The translations under genes were made by a program, and so were the position numbers. 64,000 bases of DNA from Mobula hypostoma (Eukaryota): positions 127,660,001-127,724,000 of the forward strand of contig NC_086097.1 in NCBI RefSeq assembly GCF_963921235.1, in the 5' to 3' direction. This document shows positions 1 through 12,140 of this stretch, one piece after another; the stretch's first letter is position 1, and each line of letters starts with the position of its first letter. The notes under the pieces were generated by a model that saw only the letters and a program-made list of their open reading frames with translations, made no database searches and was not told where the DNA came from.

Positions 1-35
1 GTGGTAATAATAAATAAAGAAGTAAATAAGCAGCA

Positions 36-2685
36 ATGGCTGGCTACATTGGAAAGATAGATGAAATTACACGACATCACATCTGGATGATATATACTGA
101 ATGAACTGAACAGTATTTTGAGGCCAATGAAAAGTGAGCGCCAGTGTTATTAATTGCAATAGGTGGAAAAGCATACAGTTTACTTAGAATTTAACTGCTT
201 TAACCAACCCAGCCAAAATTAGCTTTGCTGATATTGTGAAAGTAATGCAGGAACATTAACAACTGAAACCATTGTTACACGCTTTAGGTTTCATAAGCGG
301 AATTAAAAGGAAGGGGAGTCCATTTGAGCTTACGTGGCTGAATTGAAGAGATTGTCTGAGCATTGCCAGTTCAGTAATGGGCTTAAAGATTCACTGAGTG
401 ATCATTTAGTTTGTGGAATCTTCCAATAAAGCATTCAAAAATGGCTCCTAATTGAAGCTCAACTCACATTTAAAAGAACTGTTGAAATCGCTGTATCAAT
501 GGAAACAGCAGTCAGAGGTGGAAGAAGGTTGCAGTCAGGAATGAAAATGAGAATGAACAAATTTGTAATGTCTAAACAGAAAACAGCCTGGCCAAACAAA
601 TCATGTAAACATTGTGGCAGAGGCTCACATACACCAAACCAATTCAAGTTTAATGACAAAACTTGCAAAAAATTTAACTAAGTAGCACACATACAAAGAG
701 CATGTCAGGCAGACAAAAATAAATAGACTGTACAAGGAAGAGAAGAAGTTTAAAAAGATTAGTTCGGTTTGAAAAACAGCACCCATCTGTATGCTGCTGA
801 AGAAAAATCTGATACTGATGAGAGTGACACAGGACTTGGAAGGCTTCAGATTTAAAATGTGAAAACTAACAAGAGACAAGCAATATGGCTTACACCATAC
901 GTGAATGGCAAATTAATTAAAATAGAATTGGGCACTGGCTCAGCTGTTTCAGTCATTCCACAGAATGAGTTTGAACAGCATTTCAAAGATTCAGAATTAA
1001 AGCCTGCAGATAGCCAACTAAGAATTTATACTAGAGAAAAGTAACTCCTGTGGGAATGACATTTGTAACAGTGGAATATAAGAACTAATATGCCACATTG
1101 GGCTTAAATACGCTAAAAACAGGAGGACCAGCATTGTGGGGCAGAGATTGGCTGAGAAAACTGCAACTTGATTGGAGCTCCATTTGCTGCCACACCCCCT
1201 GTAACAGAGTCAATTGAAAGTGAATTAAGAAATGCACTGAAAGATGTCATGGCAGTGTTCAAGGATGGCAGTGGAAAACTCAAACGTATAAAGGATGGAA
1301 TAGTGTTAAATGAAAATGTCACACCCAGATTTTACAAAGGCCATCTGGTTCCATGTACCATCCATGATATTGTAGCCAGTGAGCTAGATTATGCGGAGAC
1401 TGAAGGAATTCTTCCCATGGTTGAGTGGAGCCATGGGCATCACCAGTAGTCCCAGTCGCAAAGAAGGCTGGGTTTGCCAGGATCCCTGCTGATTTTAAGG
1501 TCATCATCAGCCCAGCACTGAAAGCATTTTAATACCCTCTGCCCAGGATAGGGGATATCTTTGCAAACCTTTCTGGAGGGAAATATTGCAGCAAAGTGGA
1601 CTTAGTAGACAAAGTAGACTGTTCCCACAGATGGGGAGTGACAAAGAGTCCAAAGTGCTTCTCATCATAAACACCCAGAAAGGGCTTATTTCTGAAGTAG
1701 CACCTGCACCTGCACTCTGGCGGAAAACTGAGTACTGCAAGGCTACCCAGGCACTCAGTTTTACCTGGATGACATCATTGTTACCAGTGAGGATGGCAAG
1801 GAATATCTCCAAAATCTCAAGACAGTGTTGGAGGATTACAGCCTCGGAGCACGATGCAACCAGTATGAATCCTTTAAACCAACCATCACTTACTGTGATC
1901 ACACCATTGATGCACAAAGATTACACAAAAACGTGGAGAAAATTCAAACAGTGGTGGACGGCCCGAGGCCAATGGGTGTGTTACAGTCGTGGTCCTTTTT
2001 TGGATTTCTCAGTTACTATAGCAGGTTCCTGCCAAACCTGGATATTGTGCTCCACTCCTTGAACTTATTACTATAGATTGGGAAGAAGTGGCAATGGGAA
2101 AACCAGTGTGTGGCAGCTTTCAAAAAGTTAAAGGAAACATCAGACACTGTACTCACACATTATGATCTACATTGTTCACTGAAGCTTGCCCGTGTTGCAT
2201 TGCCTTATGGTATATGTGCAGTCGTATCACATGTTATGAGTGCTGAAAGTGAATGCCTTATCGCCTTTCCATCATTTTCTCTTACTGCTGCAGAGAAAAA
2301 TTACACACAGATTGACAGAGAGGCCTTGAATCTGGTTTGGGATGTAAAATGCTTCAACCAGTACTTGTATGGGAGAGGGTTTCCCCTCATTACTGATCAT
2401 CAACCAGTAGTGTTCCACTACAGCACCGGCAAAAATGCAGGCATGGGCACCGTTTCTTGGAGGACAGAATTACAAGATCGAATTCGAGAGGGCAACGAAT
2501 CATGGATTGTACCATTTACCCTTGGAAAAGGAAATACCTGAACATCTTACAAAAAAGGACACTTATTCTCCCTAATACAAATCGAGAGTTTCCCTTTTAC
2601 AGCAGAAATAATACAAAGGGAAACTGGAAAAGATCGCACAGAGTCCCAGGTCCACATGGCCACCAAAAATTCTTGGAATGTGCAA
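36..2685 (+). mobile_element. Decayed Ty3/Gypsy (Mag-like) LTR retrotransposon internal region: gag, protease, RT, RNase H
   Basis: ATG at 36 reads MAGYIGKIDE. Fragments follow in Gypsy order: zinc knuckle CKHCGRGSH (~600), protease IELGTGSAVSVIP (859-1044, catalytic D lost), RT tacctggatgac = YLDD (~1762), RNase H AEKNYTQIDREAL..ITDHQP (2110-2541). Many stops and frameshifts. Confidence 0.93.
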
Positions 2686-2689
2686 TGGT

Positions 2690-3772
2690 GTGTATTTTTC
2701 CCTCAATCTTGGGTCCTCTACCAGAGGCCAGGGAGCTTCAGGGTTCGGTGTATTATCCTTGCAGTTCCTAGTCGGGCACACTTCTAGATCGAGATCTTAG
2801 ATTTTGTATGTTGTTCCCAGGATTTGTTGGAGCCACTCTCCCAGTCCAGATGTAACAGTTCCAAGTGCTCCTATCACCACAGGGAATATTCTGGATTTAC
2901 CCTTCCACATCCTTTCTATTTGGTCTTTCATGCCCTGGTATTTCTCCAGCTTCTCATATTCTTTCTTCCTGATGTTACTGTCTTTCAGGATTGCCACATC
3001 TATTACTGTTGCTTTCTTCTGTTCCTTGTCCAGTATTACTATGTCTGGTTGGTTGGCCGGTACTGTATCTGCTTATCAGTATGTATTTGGAAGTCCCACA
3101 GGACCTTAGCTCTGTCATTCTCCACTACCTTATCGGGTGTTTCCCATTTGGACTTGGGAGTGTCCAATCCATTCTCAACGGAGATGTTCCTCTACACAAT
3201 TCCTGCATCTTGGTTGTGCTGTTCACTGCCTGCATCTTGCCCCCTGCTATTGTGTGCTGGATGGTTTCAGTAGAGTCCTTGCACAGTCTGCATCTTGGAC
3301 CTTGCCTGGTGTGATAGTTCCCTGCTTCTATTGCTCTTGTATTCAACGCCTGTTCTTGTGCAGCCATGAGCAGCACCTCTGTGCTCTCCTTCAACCCTGC
3401 CATTTCCACTGATTGGTAGGACTTCCTTATGTCAGCCACCTCTGATATCTGCGAAGGGACATCCTGTGCAGTGGCTTGTCCTGCCATGGGCTTTGGTTCA
3501 CTGGCTCTGCTTCACCCTCTTCCATTTCCATATTCCCTGCCTGCTGTTGGAGGTATTTTTCTTGCAGGTCGTCCTTAGGGCCATCTTCCTGATATAGTTA
3601 TAGATGTTTCGCATTTCTTCCAGGACTGTGACCTTGACACTTCCAAGTCCCCATCCTCCTTTACTCAGTGTGTGTGCAGTCACTCGACATTGGACTTTGG
3701 GTGGAATCCTCCATGTATTGTTAATAGGTTCCAGGTCTTGATGTCAGCGGCTTCCAGTTCATTCCTTGACCG
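2690..3772 (-). mobile_element. 5'-truncated non-LTR retrotransposon with restriction-like endonuclease (R4/Dong/Rex6-like), decayed
   Basis: Minus-strand peptides MAAQEQALNTR..CRLCKDSTETIQH (CCHC region), QPDIVILDK..IDVAI..EKLEKYQ..PVVIGALGTV (PD-D/ExK REL) and terminal TLKLPGLW* near 2725. Confidence 0.85.
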
Positions 3773-3784
3773 CATCTATTACTA

Positions 3785-4577
3785 TTGCTATGTACACAGT
3801 ATACTGTATAATACAACTACTAAATAGATATCAACAGCATAGTAAATTTTAAATTGCCCCCATTCTGACTTAAAGATTTAATCATTGTGGAGGATTTCTT
3901 ACTCTTGTGGGATAATGTCTTCCCTGACAAGTGGTGTCACTCTGCTTAGCAGGAGACCAGTGGCTGTGAGACAATCTCAGGTTCTGTGGCCTCCTCCGTA
4001 GTGTTGTGGGAGTTGAATCTGGGACTGCAGAAAGTGGTTCTAACAGCTCTGGACACCTTTCTTCTCCTACAGTTGACTGCAAGGGCAATGCCGGCCAGTC
4101 CCAGGGATGGTGAGGCGCTGGTCGCGGCCACTTCTGGATGCGTTGGCATGCCAAACAGTGCATGACAAGCTGCTTGATCTGCTGATCTATCCCAGGCCAC
4201 CAGACAAAGCTTTGAGCCAACGCTTTCATTTTGACCATGCCAAAATGACATGCATATAGCTCCTCTAACACTTTGGTTCTTAATTTGGATGGTACAGTAA
4301 CTCTCAATCCCCACGGAGAACAACCTCCATCAAAGGCAAGTTCATCCCCCCACTGGTAAAAATGGAGGAACTGGAATTTCTCTTGCACATTCCAAGCATT
4401 TTTGATGGCCATGTAGACCTGAGACTGTGTGTGATCTTTTTCAGTTTCCCTTTGTATTATTTCTGCCGTAAAAGGGAGAATCTTGATTTGTATTAGGGAG
4501 AATAAGTGTCCCCTTTTGTAAAATGTTCAGGTATTTCCTTTTCTAAGGGTAAATGGTACAATCCATGATTAGTTGTC
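3785..4577 (-). mobile_element. Gypsy 3' fragment (post-RNase H linker, integrase zinc finger, C-terminus), inverted relative to the 36-2685 copy; integrase core deleted
   Basis: ORF 3882-4412 has RVTVPSKLRTKVLEELYACHFGMVKMKALAQSFVWWPGIDQQIKQLVMHCLACQ and then jumps to YPTRVRNPPQ. 4383-4577 is the reverse complement of 2491-2685. Confidence 0.9.
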
Positions 4578-4699
4578 AAATGCTGAGTTCTGTTTGCCAT
4601 ACTATAGCAAAGATGCAATTAAACTAAAGAAGGTGCAGAACAGATTCACAAGAATAGTGGGTCTGGAGGGCTTGTTGAACTAGTTCAGAGTTCAGGTGA

Positions 4700-5040
4700 G
4701 TGAAGTTATCCATGCCAGTTCAGGAACTCTTGTTAACCTTCTACCAACAGGCTCCTGAACCGGTGTGGATAACTTCACTTTACTCAACACTGAACTGGTT
4801 CCAAAACCTACGGACTCACTTTCAATGGCTTTACAACTCATGTTCCCTGTATTATTTATTTACTCATTTATTAATTTTCTTTATCTGCACAGTTCATCTT
4901 TTTTTTACATTCAGCCGTTGTGTGTAGTTTTTCACTGATTTAATTCTATTTCTCTGTTCTACTCTGAATGGCTGGAAGAAAATGAATCTCAAGGTGGTAT
5001 ATGGTGACATATACGCACTTTGATATTAAATTTACTTTTC
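4700..5040 (+). mobile_element. 3' tail fragment of a Rex1/Babar- or L2-type LINE
   Basis: Tail ...aatctcaaggtggtatatggtgacatatacgcactttgatattaaatttact resembles the tail at 51480-51725. Confidence 0.55.
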
Positions 5041-5210
5041 ACTTCGAGACTATGAAGATCTAAGAGAGGATAATTAAATTAAAAACTGCAAAAGGAAATC
5101 AGTGAAATGTCTTTGTAACCTGGTGTGCTTAAAATTCTAATTTCACCTACATTCTTACAAGGTATAATTGAAGGAAATTTGCATGCGTACCTGTTTTAAT
5201 TGAGAATGAA

Positions 5211-6129
5211 GTTTTTTTTAAATTTTATTTTTATTTGGATAAGGAATTCACAATTATCATGTACTTTTTTCACACATATAACCTTTTCCATTTTTTTATA
5301 TGTATAAAACTACAATTATTTATACATTCTTAAGTACACATTGAGATGATATAAAAGGAAAATAAACATTTAAATAGATAATTATGTACTGTGGTAAATC
5401 TAACCTATTAGGCTAAGTAATGAAATTAGTTGTTAAGAAAAATGGTAATAATAGTTTCCATACAACCCTTCTGGACCATTTCCACTGGTCCAAAATGTAG
5501 CATACAAGCCTATATACCAACCATTGTAGGTGTTTATATCCCAATTTGTTCGTGCTTGTTCCTGCCCGCAGACATAATTATCCAATCCCTATGTACTTAT
5601 TTACTTAATTTTTTCATTTTTTTTTTATCCCTTTCCCAAATCTTTCCCTTTACTTGTGTTAATTCTCTATTTTCCAAAAAAAAAACAAACATTTAGACTA
5701 GGGGTGCTTACGTTAGCAATATTACTGTGTTGACGAGAAGAGCAATATAAATCATTAGGAGAGTCATCTAAAGTCTGCTCGCATTGGGGTTATATATTCA
5801 ATCCATTTATTCCAGATTTGATAAAATGTTTCTTTTTGAGTTCTCAGGGAGTAAGTCAACTTTTCCATTTTAAATATTTCCAAGATAATTTTGTACCAAT
5901 CTTCTAATGTAGGTGGTATTGGATTTAGCCATTTTCTAGTGATTGATTTCTTACTTGCCGCTAAGAGGGCCTGCAGCAACTTTATATCTTCCTTCTGTTC
6001 AAGGAGCAATACATGCCCCAAATAGAGCATCTCAAAGTTCAGAGGTATCTGGGACCTAAGTACCTTAACTAATGTTCTATGAATACCTTCCCAAAATAGA
6101 CTTAATTTAGGGCAATAAGTCAACAGTAT
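5211..6129 (-). mobile_element. L1/Tx1-clade LINE 3' fragment with A-rich tail and 7-bp TSD
   Basis: ORF 5764-6123 CPKLSLFW..KKSITRKW..W..YI matches an L1 ORF2 C-terminus. T-rich tail on + at 5212-5236. GAATGAA occurs at 5204-5210 and 6130-6136. Confidence 0.85.
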
Positions 6130-7219
6130 GAATGAACAAGGAATTTTGGTATACAGTGATTATATGTGTATCTCACCTAACTTTGTTTCTTGACCCTAAT
6201 ATTCCTTTAACCCCTATATATACACATATGTCTGACCTCAAATCCACTGAAAGTTACAAGTCCCTTGTATTAAACACCAATTCTCCAAACCAAATAATTT
6301 GCCCAGAAATTGGAAAATCCAAAACAAAATCAGAAAATTCTGAAAACACTCACCGTCAAACAGTCAGACAACATGGTGCCCAGAAATTGGATCTGTCCAT
6401 ATGCTCAAGATATCTTCCACAGGTTAGCGATCACTTATGGATTACTTCATGTAAATAAGGAAATGGATCTGCGTATTTCTGTACATGACTCCTCTTGGCG
6501 TAGCCAGTGACAACCACCCATCTAATGACATCATCATGTGTTTAGTGGCCATTTTCATTATCGTCAAAGAGCACAAAAATGTCTTATAGACAACTTGCAC
6601 TGAGGGCGGTTCTTGTCCCTGTGTATTGAATGCCCCTTTTTTTAATTGGGCACTTATCCAACTGGGTGTTTTCCCAAGGTATGTCCATCATGTCAAAAGA
6701 GAGTGAACTCCAGTTTCTAACTTAGGTTTTTTTCAAAATATTTTTTTATTAATGAAATACTTTCAAAGAACTAAACAATGAAAGCATTGTGTTTAGAGGA
6801 ATGCAGAATTTACTTTAAACTGAAAATTTCATCTAGATTATATTGATCATTTGGATATACTATGTTATCTCAAATAAACTCCTACCTTTGAATTTGAATG
6901 AATGCCATGCATTTAGCATCTGTTTTATAATCTCCTTGACATAAAGTGTAGAATTGTCAGTGAATCTTGGGACCACAAATCAAAAAATAACTCTTGGTAA
7001 AAAGTAGTGAAGTGGTATGAGCAGAGCATCATGTAAATATTTTATTTGTCTTCTAGAAAGAACTTAAAGCGTTGGCTGAACAATTATGTAATACGAGGAC
7101 ATTGAACTGAATTGAACTGAGTTTCGATAGTACAGGAAAGACTTTTCATCTCTGTTTGTAGACTTATATCTGATAGTGAAAACGACAATCCATTCGCCAT
7201 ATTAGCCTTGCACATATAG

Positions 7220-7297
7220 CACACACATGTACACATGCACACATATATAGACAGTCAGACAGACAGACAGACAGACAGACACACACACACATATATA
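7220..7297. repeat. (CA)n/(GACA)n compound microsatellite
   Basis: Directly visible. Confidence 0.9.
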
Positions 7298-9114
7298 ATT
7301 GCATTTATTAGGTATAAATGTATATTTATATACTCACACCTCCAAATTACACAGTAGTTTGACTTGATAGCGTATCAATAATTTTGTTGTTATCAAGGAA
7401 TCAAACCCTGGAACTCCCTCCCTAACAGTATGATGAACATACCTTCACCACTCAAACTAGATTAACTCATTAAGATATCTCACCACTACCATCTCAAACG
7501 GGAAAGGGTCATAAATATCCAGATACCAAAAGTGGATAAATAAAAGTATACTGTACAGTGCAAATTTAAATTGATGATTTTGTTTGCATATGTATGCATT
7601 CCCATATCTATCAACTCTCTCTGCATACTATATATCAATGCATATGTGTATAAACATGTATAAGCATAGTGAACAAAATATCTGTAAGGGTTAGAGCCAG
7701 TATTTCTTTTAATTATACTGTTCATAAGTGAAACAGAAGCTATTTTCATTCTATAAATGTCCCTGTAGTTGAATATGTATTGAAATTTCAATTTCATCAA
7801 ATGTCAAAGCACTAGTGAGCAAACTAAATTGCATGAGTAATGTAACAGTCTAGTCTGACCAAGCTGCGTAATGAAAGGTGGAGGAAATTATGATCTCTTA
7901 TGGTCTTAATCTTTAGAAGGAAACAGTTGAAAAGGGTAAAAATGGAATATTGTGATTGCAGAGTGAAAAAATAGGTCAGCACTTGCAGCTCTGATTGCTG
8001 GAGCATGGAGTCAGAATTTCATGCTACATTAGGTAAATTTTAAAACCTAATCTACCTCCATGAATGTTTTATGGGTAATTTTATGAAGGCACAGATTGCT
8101 TGACAACACGGGGACATGAAAACCTACCTGGCAATCAGCAACTTTGTGACCTCTGCGTGTGCACTAACCCCGGCACATTTTTACTGGCCATACATCAATG
8201 CACAGGGGAGCTACTCACAGAGCACAATCTGATTTTACATTTTTTTTTATTATTCTGCCGGTTCTTCATGTCCTTTTTGTTGGCAGCTGAGGTAATTCAC
8301 ATAATGAGCCTTGCATTTCTCACTTTTTCTTTTATCATGCATATTATATAAACACCTTAGTTAGGCGAGGCTTCCTTGTCTGTGTACGGTTATTTCCCAT
8401 GAACTGGATTTACCCAGGACATCTATTACCCAGAGGATTAATTATCTGGAAAATGCAGCTAAAACATTGACTTGAATTTCATATTACTTGGCAGTTAAAA
8501 CAGACTGTAAAGCAGCCAAGTTAACCATGTATCAAGCTGCAATAATGTTCACTCCTGGATGGATTTTAAAAGGTTATGTTAAATGTAATAGATTTCTTTT
8601 CTTCTTCAATGCACAACACCAGGGCTTTAATGAAAATACCCTTCCGAGGAGGAAATGTTACACCAAGGTTGCCAATTAAAGGGCCACCAACACTTGGAGA
8701 ATTATCTTTTAAGACCTGTTGCCTACTGCATGTAAGATGATCTGCCTAGTGCTGTGACAACATTGTCGGTTCACCCTGAGACATTTCATTGCAGACTGTG
8801 GAATAAAGTGCAAAAATGATTGTAGAGAAAATGGAATATAAAAATGGAATGTTTTAACACTGAAAGAGGCCATTCAGATTAACAAACCTACGCAACTTTT
8901 GAAGGAAATACCCATTTAGTTTAGACCCCTGTCTTTCCCTTTAACTCCATTAATACAGGATTCCCCTGTTAAGATTTAATTTCCACCTGAATGTCTGCAC
9001 TGAATCTTCTAGCCATTGGTACTTAGGCACTTTTGATCCAATTATCTTTACCTTAAACGATCAATCAAACAGAATGAGGGCAGCAAACTCGACGTTCACT
9101 TTAGATTGCTTGGA

Positions 9115-9410
9115 CTACAACTAGAGGTTATGGACAAGGTGAAAGATCAAAAGTTTAAGGGGAACATGAGGAGAAACCTCTTCACTCAGAGGGTTGTGAG
9201 AGTGTGGAATGGACTGCCAGAGCAAGTGGTGCATGCGAGCTCGATTTCAGTGTTTAAGAGAAGTTTGAATAGGTACATGGATAGCAGGGGTGTGGAGGGC
9301 TATGGTCTTGGTATAGATCGATGGGAGCAGGCAATTTAAATGGCTTAGCATGGACTAAATGGGCTGAAGGGCCTGTTTCTGTGCTGTACTTTTCTATGAC
9401 TCTATGATTG
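9115..9410 (+). mobile_element. CR1 LINE 3' end
   Basis: FKGNMRRNLFTQRVVRVWNGLPE..F..GVEGYG, then the CR1 tail gggctgaagggcctgtttctgtgctgta..ctatgactctatga. Confidence 0.9.
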
Positions 9411-9489
9411 TATGGTTTAAATTCCTGGATGCTGGCATGTTGGGTGACCTGTCCTGAGACCAGCATGTAGACTCAATTACTAGGAAAGC

Positions 9490-10305
9490 GTACAAGTACC
9501 CTTAACTTCTTAGAAGGTTAAGGAGCTTCAGCTTGTCATCGAACACACTAACAAACTTCTCCATATGTACTGTAGGAAGTATCCTAACTGGTCTGCAGTT
9601 TGAATGTGCAGGAATGTATGAAGCTGTAGAGATTTGTGCATTCAGCCCAGTACATCATGAGCATGTCCTTCCCCACTGTAAGTAGTATCAACTGCAACTA
9701 CCTCAAGAAGACAACAACTAAGATCTCCACAAACAAGACCTTGCCATCTCCTCACAGCTGCTAGTGACCGGGGGTGGGGGGGGGGGCCTGCGTCGGGCAT
9801 TTTCATGCCTTACAAGGTGCAGATTGGAAGTCTATGTGGGGTGCCACTCCTCACACAGACACCAGAGCAATGTGTGATTAAGTGCCTTGCTCAAGGACAC
9901 AAACACGTTGTCACAGCTGAGGCTCGAACTAGCGACTTTGAGATCACTAGACGAGCTCCTTAACCACTTGGTCATGGGCCCAACACAAAGCAGGAGGTAC
10001 AGAAACACCACCAAGTTCAAGAACAGTTACATCCTTTCAAGCATTTAGTTCTTGAACCAACCCTCCTCTACTTCAGCATTGTAACACTATACAGCTTTGA
10101 CCACTTTGCATTATAAATGGATTTTCTTTGTTCCAATTGTCTAACTTGTTTTTCTTGTAAAAGTTTGTATACTTTATGTCAATAACTCATGCTTATCCTG
10201 TGAATGATGTACCTCTGGTGATGTTACGTGCCTGTGGTGCTGGTGCAAGTCAGATTTTCATTGCACCTGTGCATCCATGTACGTGAGCAGATGACAACAA
10301 ATTCA
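9490..10305 (+). mobile_element. Decayed Rex1/Babar-type LINE 3' region, interrupted by a SINE
   Basis: acaaacttct..gtatcctaactgg, gcaggaggtacag and accaccaagttcaagaacag match the 3' end of the 48.6-50.6 kb element. Confidence 0.6.
9788..9987 (-). mobile_element. tRNA-derived SINE (family A head and core, different tail)
   Basis: Reverse strand has A-box-like tgaccaagtggttaagg, B-box gttcgagcc and core gtgtccttgagcaaggcacttaa, shared with 53476-53788. Confidence 0.8.
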
Positions 10306-10625
10306 ACTCATTCATTCCAAAATAGATGTTCCAGATGTTCACCTGAAGTAGAGGCCAGGTGTGAGGCTGGAATCGACTTCAGGTTCATTTTGCAACTGGA
10401 CAGACCTGGTAGATTGCGGTTGGGTGGGAAATTCACCATACTCTGTGAAAGAACGGACTTGGGTTGTGGGAGAGTGCAGCAACTGAGGTGACCGTTGATG
10501 TAACCCCTCTCACACTCAGATGACAACCAGTGTGGTAGCTTTGAAACGTATTTTCTGTTACATAGCAATTAGAAGTTTGCCCTTCTGTCCACTGAACTTA
10601 AAATCATGCCCCAAATTTGACCACC

Positions 10626-10745
10626 AAATAACAGAAATTGCTGGAAATACTCAGCAGGTCTGTCTGCCTCTCTGGGAAGAGAAGCAGAGTCAACATTTCA
10701 GCTCAGTCTGACCTGCTGAGTATTTCCAGCATCTTCTGTTTATTT
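10626..10745. repeat. Palindromic short interspersed repeat (Penelope-like pLTR-derived family)
   Basis: Perfect 22-bp inverted repeat tgctggaaatactcagcaggtc (10639-10660) and gacctgctgagtatttccagca (10710-10731). Confidence 0.75.
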
Positions 10746-11280
10746 CCAGCACCCTGATGCTTTCTTTGATTTTCCCTAATTCTGACAGTTTGGCAAAAGA
10801 TAATTACCCTGCCTGACTTACAAGCGGTTTCCAGAAAAGAGTTTGAGCCCATGTAAAATAAAAAAAGCATTGTATTTGCAATTCACACCTCAGAAAATCA
10901 ATCTTTTTATAAAGCTCAAACACTTTTCAAGTGGATTTAGGAATATGTCCTAATTGTCTTAATGTCTCATAAAATTCCAATCCCTTTAGTCAATTAAATG
11001 AATAACCTCTAAAAAAAATCAAACACCACATTTTATAATTTACAGCTGTTATTACCAACGGACTGTGATCCTAATCTAATTTGACATCTTTTTTTGGTGT
11101 TTTTCTGTCCTTAAGATATATGAACTGCACTCTGTATTTTATGATGCTGTTAGCATTTTAAGTCTACAAGTTAGTAACAATCTCAGTCATGTGTTGAAAT
11201 CATAATAGTTTTGTACAAATTTTAAAATCAGAGGAACTCAGCACAGAAACAAGCCCTTTGGCCTACCATGTCAGATCCTA

Positions 11281-11815
11281 CTTAAGACCATTGGATATAG
11301 AGCAAAAGTGGACCATTTGATCTATCGAGTCTGCTCTACTATTTTTTAACTCCAAATCTCCTGCTTCTCCCTGTAACCCGTAACTCCTTCTCTAAAAAAT
11401 TCTGCCTTCAATTCATTCAATGCCTTGGCTTCCAGAGCCCTCTGTGGAAATGAATTCTACAGATTCTCATACTCCGGCTGAAGAAATTCCTCCTCATCTC
11501 AGTTCTAGTTGGTCATCTCTTTATTCTGAGGCCGTGCCCTTGGATCCTGGACTCTCCTACTAATGGAAATGTCCTCTCCGGTTCTACTCTGTGCAGGCCT
11601 TTCAATATCCAGTAGGTTTCAATGAGCTTGTCTCATCTTTCTAAACTCCATCGAGTACAGGCCTAGAGACACCAACTGTTTCTCATGTTTTAAGCCTTTA
11701 ATTTCTGGAATCAATCATGCAAACCTCCCCTGGACCCTCTCCGGGGCCGGAACATCTCTCCTCTGATACGGGGCACAACATTGTGCGCAGTATTCAAATG
11801 CAGTCTGATGTGACT
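11281..11815 (-). mobile_element. CR1 LINE 3' fragment
   Basis: ggaaatgaattctacagattc..ctgaagaaattcctcctcatctc is antisense of RRNFFSQRVVNLWNSLP; taagaccat tail. Confidence 0.8.
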
Positions 11816-11884
11816 ACATCGACATTTATCCTATTTATCAGCATGTGGTCTGTCGCTTCCTATGCCTTGGTGATTCAAGTGCTG

Positions 11885-12140
11885 GGGATAGATCAGCAGG
11901 AAAGGTCACTGATGAGAGGTCACCAGGGATAGGTCAGTGGGTCAGTGGTGATAGGTCACCAGGGATAGGTCAATGGATCACTGGTGATAGGTCACCAGGG
12001 ATAGGTCAGTGGGTCAGTGGTGATAGGTCACCAGGGATAGGTCAATGGGCCAGTGATAATAGGTCACTAGGGATAGGTCAGTGGGTCAGTGACGATAGGT
12101 CACCAGGGATAGGTCAGTGGGTCAGTGGTGATAGGTTACC
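11885..12140. repeat. 36-bp minisatellite, about 6-7 copies
   Basis: Unit ggtcaccagggataggtcagtgggtcagtggtgata starts at 11918, 11954, 11990, 12026, 12062 and 12098. Confidence 0.95.

Noticed and set aside
36..2685. Intact or domesticated gag-pol gene
   Set aside because: Numerous stops and frameshifts, and a mutated protease catalytic residue.
11885..12140. 36-bp repeats as a CRISPR array
   Set aside because: Head-to-tail units without unique spacers, no cas genes, and a eukaryotic context.
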